Source: Fimbriimonadia bacterium (lineage in GTDB: Bacteria; Armatimonadota; Fimbriimonadia; Fimbriimonadales; JABRVX01). From it: 64,000 nt of DNA. Under the pieces are notes generated by a model that was not told where the DNA came from, did not search any database, and saw only the letters and a program-made list of their open reading frames with translations. The position numbers and the translations under genes are program-made. Location: the NCBI GenBank assembly GCA_041483895.1, contig JBGPGO010000001.1, positions 384,001-448,000 on the forward strand, written 5' to 3'. Below, in pieces: positions 38,617 through 48,030 of this stretch (position 1 is the stretch's first letter; every line of letters starts with the position of its first letter).

Positions 38617-39990
38617 ATGGTTATTACCCCAAAGGCGGTAATTAGCATTTGGATTGGCTTGCTTTGCCAGATTACTTGGGCACAGCAACAGTGGCATCAT
38701 CAGTTGCTCCAAGAAGGATTCCTCGGCGCATCCAATGCGGAGAATACGGGAGCATACGTAAATCGCGCGGGCCAGCCGGCTTACAATCTAAACTTTCAAG
38801 GCAGCAACAATGTCGATGTATACCGAAATCTCGAGAACTTGACCGCGTGGCTCGGACCGCAAAGAGTTGCGGATTGCTTGGGCATCAATGACAAAGGACA
38901 AGTGGCGTATGCAGCCTTTACAAGTGGACCGCACTTTACGATCTATACCGACCATCATGACTGGAGCAGTTCGGTTCTCAATCCGAACGTGATCTATCAG
39001 TATTTTCGAGGTGGAATTGATGCATCTGGCCAACCGCTTTGGAAGGTATCGGAAAGTAGCTCAGGAAAACTCAGCCTCCATCTCTTCCTTGGTTCTCAGC
39101 CTATTTCGGACTCAATCCTCACCGGTACAGTGAGTATAACTTCCCAACACGTGAATCGGAATGGCGATGTAGCGTGGGGGGCGTCAGCTAATGAGACTAA
39201 CGGAATATCACAGGTATTTTTCAACCAGACAGCATATTCGGCAAGTATCGTCGGTCCGAACGTTGCCGCTTCTCCGATTGGCTTGAGTGACGCTGGCGAC
39301 ATCTATTGGACTGCGAGAATCAATGGCATTGATCACATCTTCATCAACTCATTTGACTTCACGAATTCCGTATATGGAGCCGATGGAATCGATCACAAAT
39401 GCCTTACTCGAGGTGTGAGCAGCGACGGCGCCTTGCTGTGGTACACCGGGAACGGTTTGACGTCTAACCCGCTCAACGGACTATTCGTCAACAATCGAAA
39501 TATCTCGTATGAAGCTTTTGGCACCCAGACACTGCAGCAACGAGAGGCCCTGCAGGTCGCCAATAACGGCCATGCCTATTGGGACGCTCAGCTGCCAAAC
39601 TGGACCCATGCACACCTTATGGTCGATACCAGGGATGTATCTTTCGAAGCGCTTGGCGACAACGTCATTCCTGATGCTTATCGATCGGGAATCGATGATT
39701 CTGGACACCTTATGTGGACGGTGCGAGATGGCTACCTGGGAAGCAAGAATCGCGTTTATGTTGACGACTTCGCTCTTTCGGACGACGCATTAGGAACCAA
39801 TGCGGGAAAATTCAACAGTCAAGGCATCCAGATAGGTCCAAACGGACAAGTGATGTGGGTGGCATGGGATCCCAATCACTTAGACAACCGGCTTTATCTA
39901 TCCACAGCAGTGCCCGAGCCAACCCTTGCAGCTGGCTTACTGCCGTTGCTCCTGCTTTGGCGCAGGAGGAGAACCCTCAGTCAGTCTTAG
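38617..39990 (+). CDS. PEP-CTERM surface protein with about 50-aa beta-repeat units
   Basis: Repeats such as GINDKGQVAY, GIDASGQPLW, GLSDAGDIYW and GIDDSGHLMW; VPEP-TM-RRRR tail; AT-richer DNA. Confidence 0.85.
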   Translation: MVITPKAVISIWIGLLCQITWAQQQWHHQLLQEGFLGASNAENTGAYVNRAGQPAYNLNFQGSNNVDVYRNLENLTAWLGPQRVADCLGINDKGQVAYAAFTSGPHFTIYTDHHDWSSSVLNPNVIYQYFRGGIDASGQPLWKVSESSSGKLSLHLFLGSQPISDSILTGTVSITSQHVNRNGDVAWGASANETNGISQVFFNQTAYSASIVGPNVAASPIGLSDAGDIYWTARINGIDHIFINSFDFTNSVYGADGIDHKCLTRGVSSDGALLWYTGNGLTSNPLNGLFVNNRNISYEAFGTQTLQQREALQVANNGHAYWDAQLPNWTHAHLMVDTRDVSFEALGDNVIPDAYRSGIDDSGHLMWTVRDGYLGSKNRVYVDDFALSDDALGTNAGKFNSQGIQIGPNGQVMWVAWDPNHLDNRLYLSTAVPEPTLAAGLLPLLLLWRRRRTLSQS

Positions 39991-41113
39991 CGGAAAGTAG
40001 CACGTCCACAAGCGCCGAAATCCCTTCGCCTGTGGCGGAGATGGTTTTGATAATCGGCACGTCCTTCAATATCTCTTGCCGGATTTGGGCCATCAGCTTG
40101 TCCGCGCCAGGGAGGTCGGCTTTGTTGACAACGAACACCTGCGCTATCTCCGTGATGCCCGCCTTTTGCAACTGCAGATCGTCCCCCGCGCCGGGCATCA
40201 TCATCAAGACCACGGTGGCGGCCACCTTCCGCACTTCCACGTCGTTCTGCCCAGCGCCGACGGTCTCGACGAACAGCGCGTCGAAGCCGGACGCGTCCAT
40301 GGCGCGCAGCATTGCTCCGGTCATCGGGGCAATGCCGCCCATCGCGCCACGGCTGGCCGACGAACGGATGAAGACACAAGGATCCTCGGCGATGCCGGTC
40401 ATGCGCGCGCGGTCGCCGAGCAGCGCGCCGCCGGTGATCGGGCTAGCCGGGTCCACCGCCACCACGCCGATGCTCTTTCCACGATGCCGAATCTCTCGGA
40501 GCACCTGCGCGATGAGTGTGCTCTTGCCAACTCCCGGCGCGCCCGTGATCCCGATGCATGGCGCTTTTGTCGGCCCGCTGCCCAACATCGATTCGATTTC
40601 TGTTTGCGATGAGTCTGATTCGATCCAGGAGAGCACCCGGCCCAGTGCGGACCGATCTCCGGTTTCCGACGCGGCAAACCATTCTTGGATTCCACCGCTT
40701 TCGGGTAGGCGCGCCGGTTTGCCATTTCGCACCGCGACGCGCTTGATCGTCTCCACCACCTCATCCAGCGAGTGCTCCGGCCCAAACATCGCGGCAATTC
40801 CGGTGGCCTTCAGCGTCTCGACATCTTCCGGCGGGATGATGCCGCCGATCACAATGGGAACATGCGACCGGCCGTGCCGCGCCATCTCCTCCTGCACCAA
40901 TGGCACGAGGGTGTTGTGCGCGGCGGAATGCAGGCTGAGACCCAGCACGTCCACGTCCTCTTCCATCGCCGCCTTGGCCGCCGCTGCGGGTGTCTGCCAT
41001 AGGCCCGTGTAAATCACTTCAATCCCTGCTTCGCGCAGGCATCTTGTCAGTACTTTGACGCCGCGATCATGACCGTCCAGACCGACTTTTGCCAGCACCA
41101 TACGCGCTACCAA
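39977..41113 (-). CDS. Fusion of a cobalamin-binding mutase small subunit and a MeaB/ArgK GTPase chaperone
   Basis: N-terminal KVGLDGHDRG (DxHxxG), GLS and GGIIP; C-terminal GAPGVGKST, VDP, GGALLGDR.RM, ETVGAGQ and NKAD. Confidence 0.9.
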   Translation of the reverse strand: MVARMVLAKVGLDGHDRGVKVLTRCLREAGIEVIYTGLWQTPAAAAKAAMEEDVDVLGLSLHSAAHNTLVPLVQEEMARHGRSHVPIVIGGIIPPEDVETLKATGIAAMFGPEHSLDEVVETIKRVAVRNGKPARLPESGGIQEWFAASETGDRSALGRVLSWIESDSSQTEIESMLGSGPTKAPCIGITGAPGVGKSTLIAQVLREIRHRGKSIGVVAVDPASPITGGALLGDRARMTGIAEDPCVFIRSSASRGAMGGIAPMTGAMLRAMDASGFDALFVETVGAGQNDVEVRKVAATVVLMMMPGAGDDLQLQKAGITEIAQVFVVNKADLPGADKLMAQIRQEILKDVPIIKTISATGEGISALVDVLLSAKTD

Positions 41114-42717
41114 AGATTGCCACCATCGTATCGGCCATACACATCTTCCAATGCCTTTGACAACTCTCCTAGCGTGGCGTAGGTCTTCGCTGCCGCGACC
41201 AGCTCCGGCATGACGTTTTTGCCGTCCCTTGCGGCCTGTCGAACGTCCGCGAGCGCCTTTGTGACCGCCGCGTTGTCCCGATTGGATTTGAGAGATTGCA
41301 GTTCGCGCGCCTTTTCCTCTCCCAACGCACGGCTGATCTTCAGTATTTCGATGTCGTTCTCTTCCTCTTCCACATATTCATTGACGCCGACAATGATACG
41401 CTCTCTGTTGTTAACCCGCTTGCTATCATAGTATGCGGCATCGGCGATCTCTTTTCGTATATATCCCGACTCAATGGCGCGTATCATGCCACCCATTTCG
41501 TCAATGCGATGTATATACTCCCATGCCTCGTCTTCCAAATCCTTTGTCAATCGCTCCACGTAGTAGCTGCCACCGAGCGGATCCACGGTGTTGGTGATAC
41601 CCGTCTCGTGCGCCAGTACCTGCTGCGTGCGCAGGGCGAGTGTTACCGCGCTTTCCGTCGGCAAGCTGAGTGTTTCATCCATGCTATTCGTATGCAGCGA
41701 TTGGCAGCCGCCGAGCGCCGCCGCCATCGCCTGATATGCCACGCGCATCAGGTTGTTATAGGGCTGCTTGTTGTAGAGCGAGCAGCCCGCAGTCTGCGCA
41801 TGGAACCGCAGCCATAGGGAGCGCTCGTTTTTGGCATGGAATCGGTCCCGCATCAGGTGCGCCCACAATCGCCGTGCGGCGCGATATTTGGCTATCTCCT
41901 CGAAGAACTCGTTGTGCGCATTGAAGAAGAAGGAGAGTCGGGGCGCGAACAAGTCCACATCCAATCCCCGCTTCATCGATTCTTCGACATAGGTGATACC
42001 ATCATAGATGGTAAATGCCAGTTCCTGACCGGCCGTGGATCCTGCCTCGCGAATATGATATCCACTGATACTGACAGGGTTGTATTGCGGCATTTCTTGG
42101 GCGCAGAACTCGATGGTATCGATCACCAATTTGACGGAGGCCTGTGGCGGATAGATGAACTCGTTCTGTGCGTGGAACTCCTTGAGTATATCATTCTGGC
42201 ATGTACCACGGAGCTGGTCGCGCGCAACGCCCTCCTTGTCGGCGGTCGCGATATAGAAGGCCAGGATGATGGCGGCGGGCGCATTTATCGTCATGGAAAC
42301 GCTGACCCCGCCCAGGTTGATTCCGCCGTAAAGAACCTCAAAATCCTTGAGCGTATCGACCGCAACGCCGCACTTGCCGACCTCACCGACCGATAGCGGA
42401 TCGTCGCTGTCCCGCGTCATCAACGTCGGCAGGTCGAAGGCGGTGGAAAGCCCCGTCTGGCCCTTGGCAAGCAGAAACTTGAAACGCTCGTTGGTCTGTT
42501 GCGGCGTGCCGAAGCCCGCGAACTGCCGCATGGTCCACAGCTGTTTGCGATACATCACCTTGTGGATGCCGCGAGTGAACGGGAACTGACCCGGCTCGCC
42601 GATCTCCTCCGGCTTGATCTCTTTCAGGTCATCCGGTCCGTAGACGGCCTTTACCGGCCTGCCGGATATGGTGACAAATTCCGGCTCTTTCTGCTCGTGC
42701 TTCAACTCTGTAGCCAT
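41107..42717 (-). CDS. B12-dependent acyl-CoA mutase large subunit, isobutyryl-CoA mutase-like
   Basis: PFTRG, WTMRQFAGF, GLSTAFDLPT, QNDILKEFHAQ, SISGYHIREAG, QSLHTN and DPLGGSY; no B12 domain. Confidence 0.9.
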   Translation of the reverse strand: MATELKHEQKEPEFVTISGRPVKAVYGPDDLKEIKPEEIGEPGQFPFTRGIHKVMYRKQLWTMRQFAGFGTPQQTNERFKFLLAKGQTGLSTAFDLPTLMTRDSDDPLSVGEVGKCGVAVDTLKDFEVLYGGINLGGVSVSMTINAPAAIILAFYIATADKEGVARDQLRGTCQNDILKEFHAQNEFIYPPQASVKLVIDTIEFCAQEMPQYNPVSISGYHIREAGSTAGQELAFTIYDGITYVEESMKRGLDVDLFAPRLSFFFNAHNEFFEEIAKYRAARRLWAHLMRDRFHAKNERSLWLRFHAQTAGCSLYNKQPYNNLMRVAYQAMAAALGGCQSLHTNSMDETLSLPTESAVTLALRTQQVLAHETGITNTVDPLGGSYYVERLTKDLEDEAWEYIHRIDEMGGMIRAIESGYIRKEIADAAYYDSKRVNNRERIIVGVNEYVEEEENDIEILKISRALGEEKARELQSLKSNRDNAAVTKALADVRQAARDGKNVMPELVAAAKTYATLGELSKALEDVYGRYDGGNLW

Positions 42718-42820
42718 TGCCAACCCCTTCGTTGCGCGAATTTCCGTTCAATTATAGCCGGAATCGCTCGGCACATCTTCGGTTTGTGCATAATAGTCAA
42801 AACGGTGCCGAGAGGAACCA

Positions 42821-43018
42821 ATGACCCAAATTACGGTCCCAATCCCAGACGAACAATTGCAGGAACTTCACGAGAAGGCCAATCGCCTCGGCGTTTCGAT
42901 AGAGCTTTTGGCCCGAATCGGTATCGAGTCGATATTGGTCGATTTGGCCGAGGATTTCGAGAAGGCGTCAGGCTATGTACTGAAGAAGAACGCTGAGCTG
43001 TACAAGCGGCTAGCATAA
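42821..43018 (+). CDS. Antitoxin (ribbon-helix-helix-like) of a Doc module
   Basis: MTQITVPIPDEQL...YVLKKNAELYKRLA; abuts doc. Confidence 0.78.
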   Translation: MTQITVPIPDEQLQELHEKANRLGVSIELLARIGIESILVDLAEDFEKASGYVLKKNAELYKRLA

Positions 43019-43408
43019 GTGCGTTATCTTTCCAGCGGCGAAGTCCTACGGTTGTACGATATTGTCATTCACCAACACGGTGGCATGGCAGGCATTCGGG
43101 ATATTGGCGCGCTCGAATCTGCACTAGCCCAACCTCGCATGACGTTCGACGGCGTTGAACTCTATCCGACAACGATTGACAAGGCTGCAGCGCTCTGCTT
43201 TTCGCTCGTCATGAACCATCCGTTCGTTGACGGAAATAAGCGGATTGGACATGCGGTTTTGGAAACGTTCCTGGTATTGAACGGATTGGAGATCTCGACC
43301 TCGGTTGAGGATCAGGAGCGAGTCATTCTCGGTATTGCATCCGGCGAAGTTCAGCGCGATCAGTTTGTCGATTGGCTTGGGGCAAACTCAGTACCTTTCG
43401 GCGGTTAA
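43019..43408 (+). CDS. doc: Death-on-curing (Doc/Fic) toxin
   Basis: GIRD.GALESALAQP, LYPT..KAAAL and HPFVDGNKR motifs. Confidence 0.92.
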   Translation: MRYLSSGEVLRLYDIVIHQHGGMAGIRDIGALESALAQPRMTFDGVELYPTTIDKAAALCFSLVMNHPFVDGNKRIGHAVLETFLVLNGLEISTSVEDQERVILGIASGEVQRDQFVDWLGANSVPFGG

Positions 43409-43412
43409 CCAC

Positions 43413-44585
43413 TCAAGTTATCTTCAACCGCCGCAATAATCCCTTCATCGTAACCGCCTGCACAATCACCGAAAAAGCCACGACTCCAAATGTCGCGACG
43501 GAGATCGCCTCCCGGTTGGGGAAATCGTCCGGCAGGCCGAGAACCAACGCCAGCCCGAGCGCCCCGCGAAGGCCGCCCCAAAACAGAATGTGCTGATGCG
43601 ACAAGGACACCTTCCAGCGCGACCAATGGAAGCCGAGCGACGTGGTGTACACAGCCAGCGCACGCGAGAATAGCACGAGCAGAATCGCGACACAAATCGT
43701 CTCCCAATATGACAGCATCGGCACATGAACGACGCGCAAGCCGATAAGCAAAAAGATAACAGAGTTGGCGGCGAATGCCGCAAACTCCCAAAACGACTCC
43801 ACTGCCTCCCGCCCGCGGTCGGAAAACGCACCGATAGGCCCCGTGTTGCCGAAGATCACCCCCGCTGTTACTGTGGCCAATATGCCGGAAAGATGCAGTT
43901 CGTCGGCAAGCAAAAACGAACCATACGCCGCCACCACAGAAAAGGTGATCTCCACCAAATGATCCTCCGCCCGCCCCGCCAACAGTAAGGTGGCGGCCGC
44001 AACCAATCCGCCGGCCAGAACCCCGCCGCCTGCCACCAACAGAAACGATCCCGCCGCGCCCGCCGTCGTCGTCGAAACGCCGTTCACATACGCTGTCGCC
44101 AAACCAAACGCGACCACAGCCGCGCCGTCGTTGACCAGACTTTCCGCGTCTACCAGCAGCTTCAGCCGCCCACCGATGCCTGTTTCCCGGAAAAGAGCGA
44201 TGACGGACACTGGGTCCGTCGCGGAAATCAGAGCCCCGAACACCAGCGCGACCGGAAGCGCCCAACCGATGAAAAGATGCAGCCCCCATCCCACGACAAA
44301 CGTGCCGACCACCACACCAATCATCGCTAGGAGCCCGACTGGAAACAAGTCCTTCCGCAGCTCCTTCCATACAAGATTCAGCGCCGCCTCGAAAATGAGC
44401 GGCGGGATGATTGCGGTGAAGATCAGCTCCTTTGTAACGTGCACCGGATTAACGACCGGAACCAGCCCTAATCCGACCCCGGCCAGCACCAGGCCCACCG
44501 TGTATGGCAGTCGGATGCGCCGCGCTAACACCGCGACCAGGGAGGCGACAAGCAGCAAGACGGCAAGGTTTTCGATGCTGATCAT
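43413..44585 (-). CDS. CPA1 Na+/H+ antiporter
   Basis: PPLIFEAA, ISATDPVSV, ESLVNDG and GGLRGA motifs. Confidence 0.92.
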   Translation of the reverse strand: MISIENLAVLLLVASLVAVLARRIRLPYTVGLVLAGVGLGLVPVVNPVHVTKELIFTAIIPPLIFEAALNLVWKELRKDLFPVGLLAMIGVVVGTFVVGWGLHLFIGWALPVALVFGALISATDPVSVIALFRETGIGGRLKLLVDAESLVNDGAAVVAFGLATAYVNGVSTTTAGAAGSFLLVAGGGVLAGGLVAAATLLLAGRAEDHLVEITFSVVAAYGSFLLADELHLSGILATVTAGVIFGNTGPIGAFSDRGREAVESFWEFAAFAANSVIFLLIGLRVVHVPMLSYWETICVAILLVLFSRALAVYTTSLGFHWSRWKVSLSHQHILFWGGLRGALGLALVLGLPDDFPNREAISVATFGVVAFSVIVQAVTMKGLLRRLKIT

Positions 44586-44652
44586 TTTTCTACACCTAGA
44601 TTACTCCACAGGCGGCAGCGGTAGCCGCACGCTTTAGCTTGCGCAAATTCAC

Positions 44653-44785
44653 GATGTGTCGGGGTTCACGTTCGGCATTTCCTCGGCCTGCCAGCAACCG
44701 AAGACCCCGACACGAAGAATGAAGAAAACCCCCACCCAACCCTCCCCCTTTTCCAGGCTGGCGCCTGAAAAAAGGGGAGGGCTTC
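44653..44785. repeat. Composite repeat (family A hairpin + family B palindrome), left copy
   Basis: GATGTGTCGGGGTTCACG...GACCCCGACACGAAGAA..AAAACCCCCACCCAAC..CCAGGCTG.CGCCTGAAAAAAGGGGAGGGCTT; direct repeat of 49277-49436. Confidence 0.85.
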
Positions 44786-44787
44786 GG

Positions 44788-44815
44788 TTGCCAGGTGAAA
44801 CTATCTGTGTATAAT
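44788..44815 (+). promoter_or_regulatory. Putative sigma70 promoter of the paralogue operon
   Basis: TTGCCA-N16-TATAAT. Confidence 0.5.
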
Positions 44816-44837
44816 GATTACAGTTAGGGACGATTAT

Positions 44838-44903
44838 CCCTTCACATTCGCAATGTGAAGGGGATCATCAGCATTTATCCCTTCATAGTCGCACTATGAA
44901 GGG
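44838..44903. repeat. Two family C palindromes in the operon leader
   Basis: CCCTTCACATT-CGC-AATGTGAAGGG and CCCTTCATAGT-CGC-ACTATGAAGGG, with compensatory changes. Confidence 0.75.
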
Positions 44904-44919
44904 TCTTGAGAGGGGCGGC

Positions 44920-45939
44920 ATGATGACAAGACGATCGACTTTGGCGCTCGCGTGGCTACTCCCGGCGTTGTGCTCGGCAAGCGACGGCAGACTCTATTTT
45001 CGCAACGAGACCACGGGACAAGAAAACATCGGCGCGCTGTACGCGATCCCCGGCGACGTGATCACCCTGCGCTACAGCTACCATAGCGACACGAGTTGGG
45101 GCACGCTGCAGTTCGCGCTGGACCTCACCCAATCGTCCATCATCTCGGCAGCGGACGCGGCCAACTGGTCCACCCAGGTCCGCGCGGTGTTTCCGGCGAC
45201 GGACTACTACACGCGCTTGGTATACGGGCCGGGCGTTCTCTACGACAGCGCGCGGAAGCCCGGCGACACCACTCAGGCGCTCATCGCTTCCAACGCGCTG
45301 TACGGGCTGGTGCAGGTCTCCTACTTCAAGGCGCTATCGAAAGATGTGGACGCGACGCTGTTCCAGTTCACGGTAGCAAACGGCACGGAGACTCAGGAAC
45401 TGCATTGGCTGAACGAGGAGCGCGTAACGCAGAACGGCATCTCCACGCGCGTCATCCTGCCGGGATATCTGACGGAACCGATCGCGGATAACTTCGTACG
45501 GGTACGTCAAAACCACATCGCAGGAAGAATAGAATTTTCGGACGTTGCCGATACATTCAAACCACCCTCATCAGTGATAATGCGCATTTCGCCGACTGGA
45601 GGAACACCGTACTATCAGTGGGTCTCGCTGGACGCATATGGCGGATTCGATCTGCTGCAGCGCGCTGGCACCTGCAAGCTGTCCGTTAAGTATAGCCACT
45701 GGCTACGCCGAACGATATCGGTAGATAATACGCTTGGCGACGTTTCTGGCGCAGTCCTGAGTTTGGTCAATGGCGACGCCTTCCTTGATGGCATCGTGGA
45801 CCTAAGGGACATCAACTGGTTGTTTTTGTGGTGGATGTCTCCTGGCGCACCGTTCTCGGACCTAAATGAAGATGGGTTCACCGATCTGCTGGACCTCAGC
45901 ATCGTATTCATGAATCAGCTGTTGAAGGACGATGATTAG
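44920..45939 (+). CDS. Secreted protein, paralogue A (beta-sandwich + dockerin-like C-terminus)
   Basis: Signal peptide; RLYFRNETTGQEN; C-terminal SHWLRR..NGDA..D..DL.D..SDLNEDG..DLLDL. Confidence 0.8.
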   Translation: MMTRRSTLALAWLLPALCSASDGRLYFRNETTGQENIGALYAIPGDVITLRYSYHSDTSWGTLQFALDLTQSSIISAADAANWSTQVRAVFPATDYYTRLVYGPGVLYDSARKPGDTTQALIASNALYGLVQVSYFKALSKDVDATLFQFTVANGTETQELHWLNEERVTQNGISTRVILPGYLTEPIADNFVRVRQNHIAGRIEFSDVADTFKPPSSVIMRISPTGGTPYYQWVSLDAYGGFDLLQRAGTCKLSVKYSHWLRRTISVDNTLGDVSGAVLSLVNGDAFLDGIVDLRDINWLFLWWMSPGAPFSDLNEDGFTDLLDLSIVFMNQLLKDDD

Positions 45940-47014
45940 AATGAACCGCATGCTCGGTACGGTTCAGTTGGCGATGTTGGCGATCGGGATTCTGATCGTC
46001 CCGGCCCATGGTGCATACGAAGCGCGGCTATATTTCTTCAACTCGACAAGGCTCGACGCGCGCAGCGGTCAGGTGAATGCAAATGTTGGTGACGTCATTG
46101 AGGTTTGGTATTACTTCAATGACCTCGACACGATCAGTCCCCGCAACTGGGGAACGCTTCAAACAACGCTTTGCTTTGATGGCCTTTCGCTCGTATCCCG
46201 GACGGATCAGATGAACTGGAACGCATCGATCACTGCCGGAATTAAGAGCGGCGGGTCTCTGGCAGACTTCTTGACGACAGTGATGGGCAATGGGCCCTTA
46301 TACGACAATGCGTTCGATCCGACCGATATCAGCCAATTGAAAATCTGCGACAATGGTCTGTTTCTATACCTAAAGATCGACGAAATCAAACCTAGGGCCC
46401 GAAACTGGGCCATTAAGCTTTGGGAATTCACCGTCCAGCCAGAAAGCGAAGGACAGATTTTGGACTGGACGTTTGCGGGGAGAGACACTACCATCGGATT
46501 ATCGACACGAATTATCGACCAGAAGGGCGCGACCCAAAATATATCTGACAATTATTTAAAGGTGGTTGGCGGCAGAACTGTGACAACTTTTGCTGGAAAG
46601 GTGAACTTCGATCGGATAGTGAATGAGGCGTCAAAACCGGCAACAATGGAGGTCCGAGTGAGGCCGGAGGTCGGGGATGATCGCGTCATCCCGAATGTCC
46701 CGCTGACCCCGGACGGACACTTTCAGATCGAATTGCCTGCGGAACGATACCTAATCTCCTGCCGAGCGCAATCTTGGCTGCGACGGACTGCCTACGTCGA
46801 TCTGACAAGAGGGGACGTGACCGACTTTTCCATCGATCTGCCGAATGGCGACGCATTTGCGGACGGCGTTGTCGACACTAGAGATGTCAATTGGGTCTTC
46901 GTTTATTTCGGATCGCCGGGAGAGAACTACTCCGATCTGAACCGCGATGGAGAGACAAATCTGCTCGATTTGAACATCGTCTTCACGAATTACGGTCTGG
47001 TTGGTGATCCATGA
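45932..47014 (+). CDS. Secreted protein, paralogue B (beta-sandwich + dockerin-like C-terminus)
   Basis: Signal peptide; GDVIEVWY and WGTLQ; same C-terminal domain; overlaps gene A. Confidence 0.8.
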   Translation: MIRMNRMLGTVQLAMLAIGILIVPAHGAYEARLYFFNSTRLDARSGQVNANVGDVIEVWYYFNDLDTISPRNWGTLQTTLCFDGLSLVSRTDQMNWNASITAGIKSGGSLADFLTTVMGNGPLYDNAFDPTDISQLKICDNGLFLYLKIDEIKPRARNWAIKLWEFTVQPESEGQILDWTFAGRDTTIGLSTRIIDQKGATQNISDNYLKVVGGRTVTTFAGKVNFDRIVNEASKPATMEVRVRPEVGDDRVIPNVPLTPDGHFQIELPAERYLISCRAQSWLRRTAYVDLTRGDVTDFSIDLPNGDAFADGVVDTRDVNWVFVYFGSPGENYSDLNRDGETNLLDLNIVFTNYGLVGDP

Positions 47015-48030
47015 TCAGAGCGCTGATCGCATTGCTCCTGACCTCAGTAATATCGACAATGTTTGGATCTTACACGGTCCGGCTCTACTTTCGCAACGAA
47101 ACAACGGGCCAGGAGAACGCCGGGGCGCTGTTCGCTCTGCCGGGAGACAGGATGACGCTGCGCTACAGCTACCACGGCGACACAAATTGGGGCACGCTGC
47201 AGATGGCCATCGATTTATCCCAATCTAGCATTGTCTCTGCGACAGACGCCTCTCAATGGTTATCGCAAGTGAGAGACGTGTTCATGTCCGCAAATTTCTT
47301 CTCCGAAATGATTTACGGGCCGGGTGCGCTCTACGACAGTGCGCGGGAACCAAGCGACAACACCCAACCATTAGTCTCAACGAATGCGCTCTATGCCCTC
47401 GGCCAGATATCCTATAACGATCCGAATTCAAAGGACTTCGATGCGACGCTTTTCAAGTTCACGGTGGCAAGCAGTACGGAGGGCCAGGAACTGCACTGGA
47501 TCAACGAGGGACGCTGGACGCAAGATGGCGTCTCAACTCGCGTAATTCTTCCCGGCCAACAGACGCAGTTGATAACCGATAATTTCGTGCGTGTGCGGCG
47601 CAATCACATCATCGGTAAGATTGATTTTACACGCGCAGCGCCAACCTTCAAAATGCCTTCAACGATCAGCATGCGTTTCACGCCGGCAATTGGATCACAA
47701 TTTAATCAGACCGTCCATTTAGATAGCGGCGGAAATTTCGATGTTGCCCTGCGAGCTGGAGTTTATGACGTATCGGTTCAATACACTCATTGGCTCCGGC
47801 GGTCGATACTAGTGGATGCGAGTCAAGGCGATGTAACCGGCGCAACCTTCACTTTGGTAAACGGCGACGCATTTGTGGACGGACTCGTAAACCTCAAAGA
47901 TATCAATTGGATTTTCGTCTACTTCGGAACCTCGGGACAAAACTATTCCGATCTTAATCAAGATGGGACGACAGATTTATTGGATTTGAACATCGTGTTT
48001 ACGAATTTCGGACTGTCGGGAGATCCATAA
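47011..48030 (+). CDS. Secreted protein, paralogue A'
   Basis: Clearly similar to A along its length; ATGA coupling with B. Confidence 0.8.
   Translation: MIRALIALLLTSVISTMFGSYTVRLYFRNETTGQENAGALFALPGDRMTLRYSYHGDTNWGTLQMAIDLSQSSIVSATDASQWLSQVRDVFMSANFFSEMIYGPGALYDSAREPSDNTQPLVSTNALYALGQISYNDPNSKDFDATLFKFTVASSTEGQELHWINEGRWTQDGVSTRVILPGQQTQLITDNFVRVRRNHIIGKIDFTRAAPTFKMPSTISMRFTPAIGSQFNQTVHLDSGGNFDVALRAGVYDVSVQYTHWLRRSILVDASQGDVTGATFTLVNGDAFVDGLVNLKDINWIFVYFGTSGQNYSDLNQDGTTDLLDLNIVFTNFGLSGDP

Noticed and set aside
41107..42717. Annotation as methylmalonyl-CoA mutase
   Set aside because: It has Phe and Gln where MCM has Tyr and Arg.
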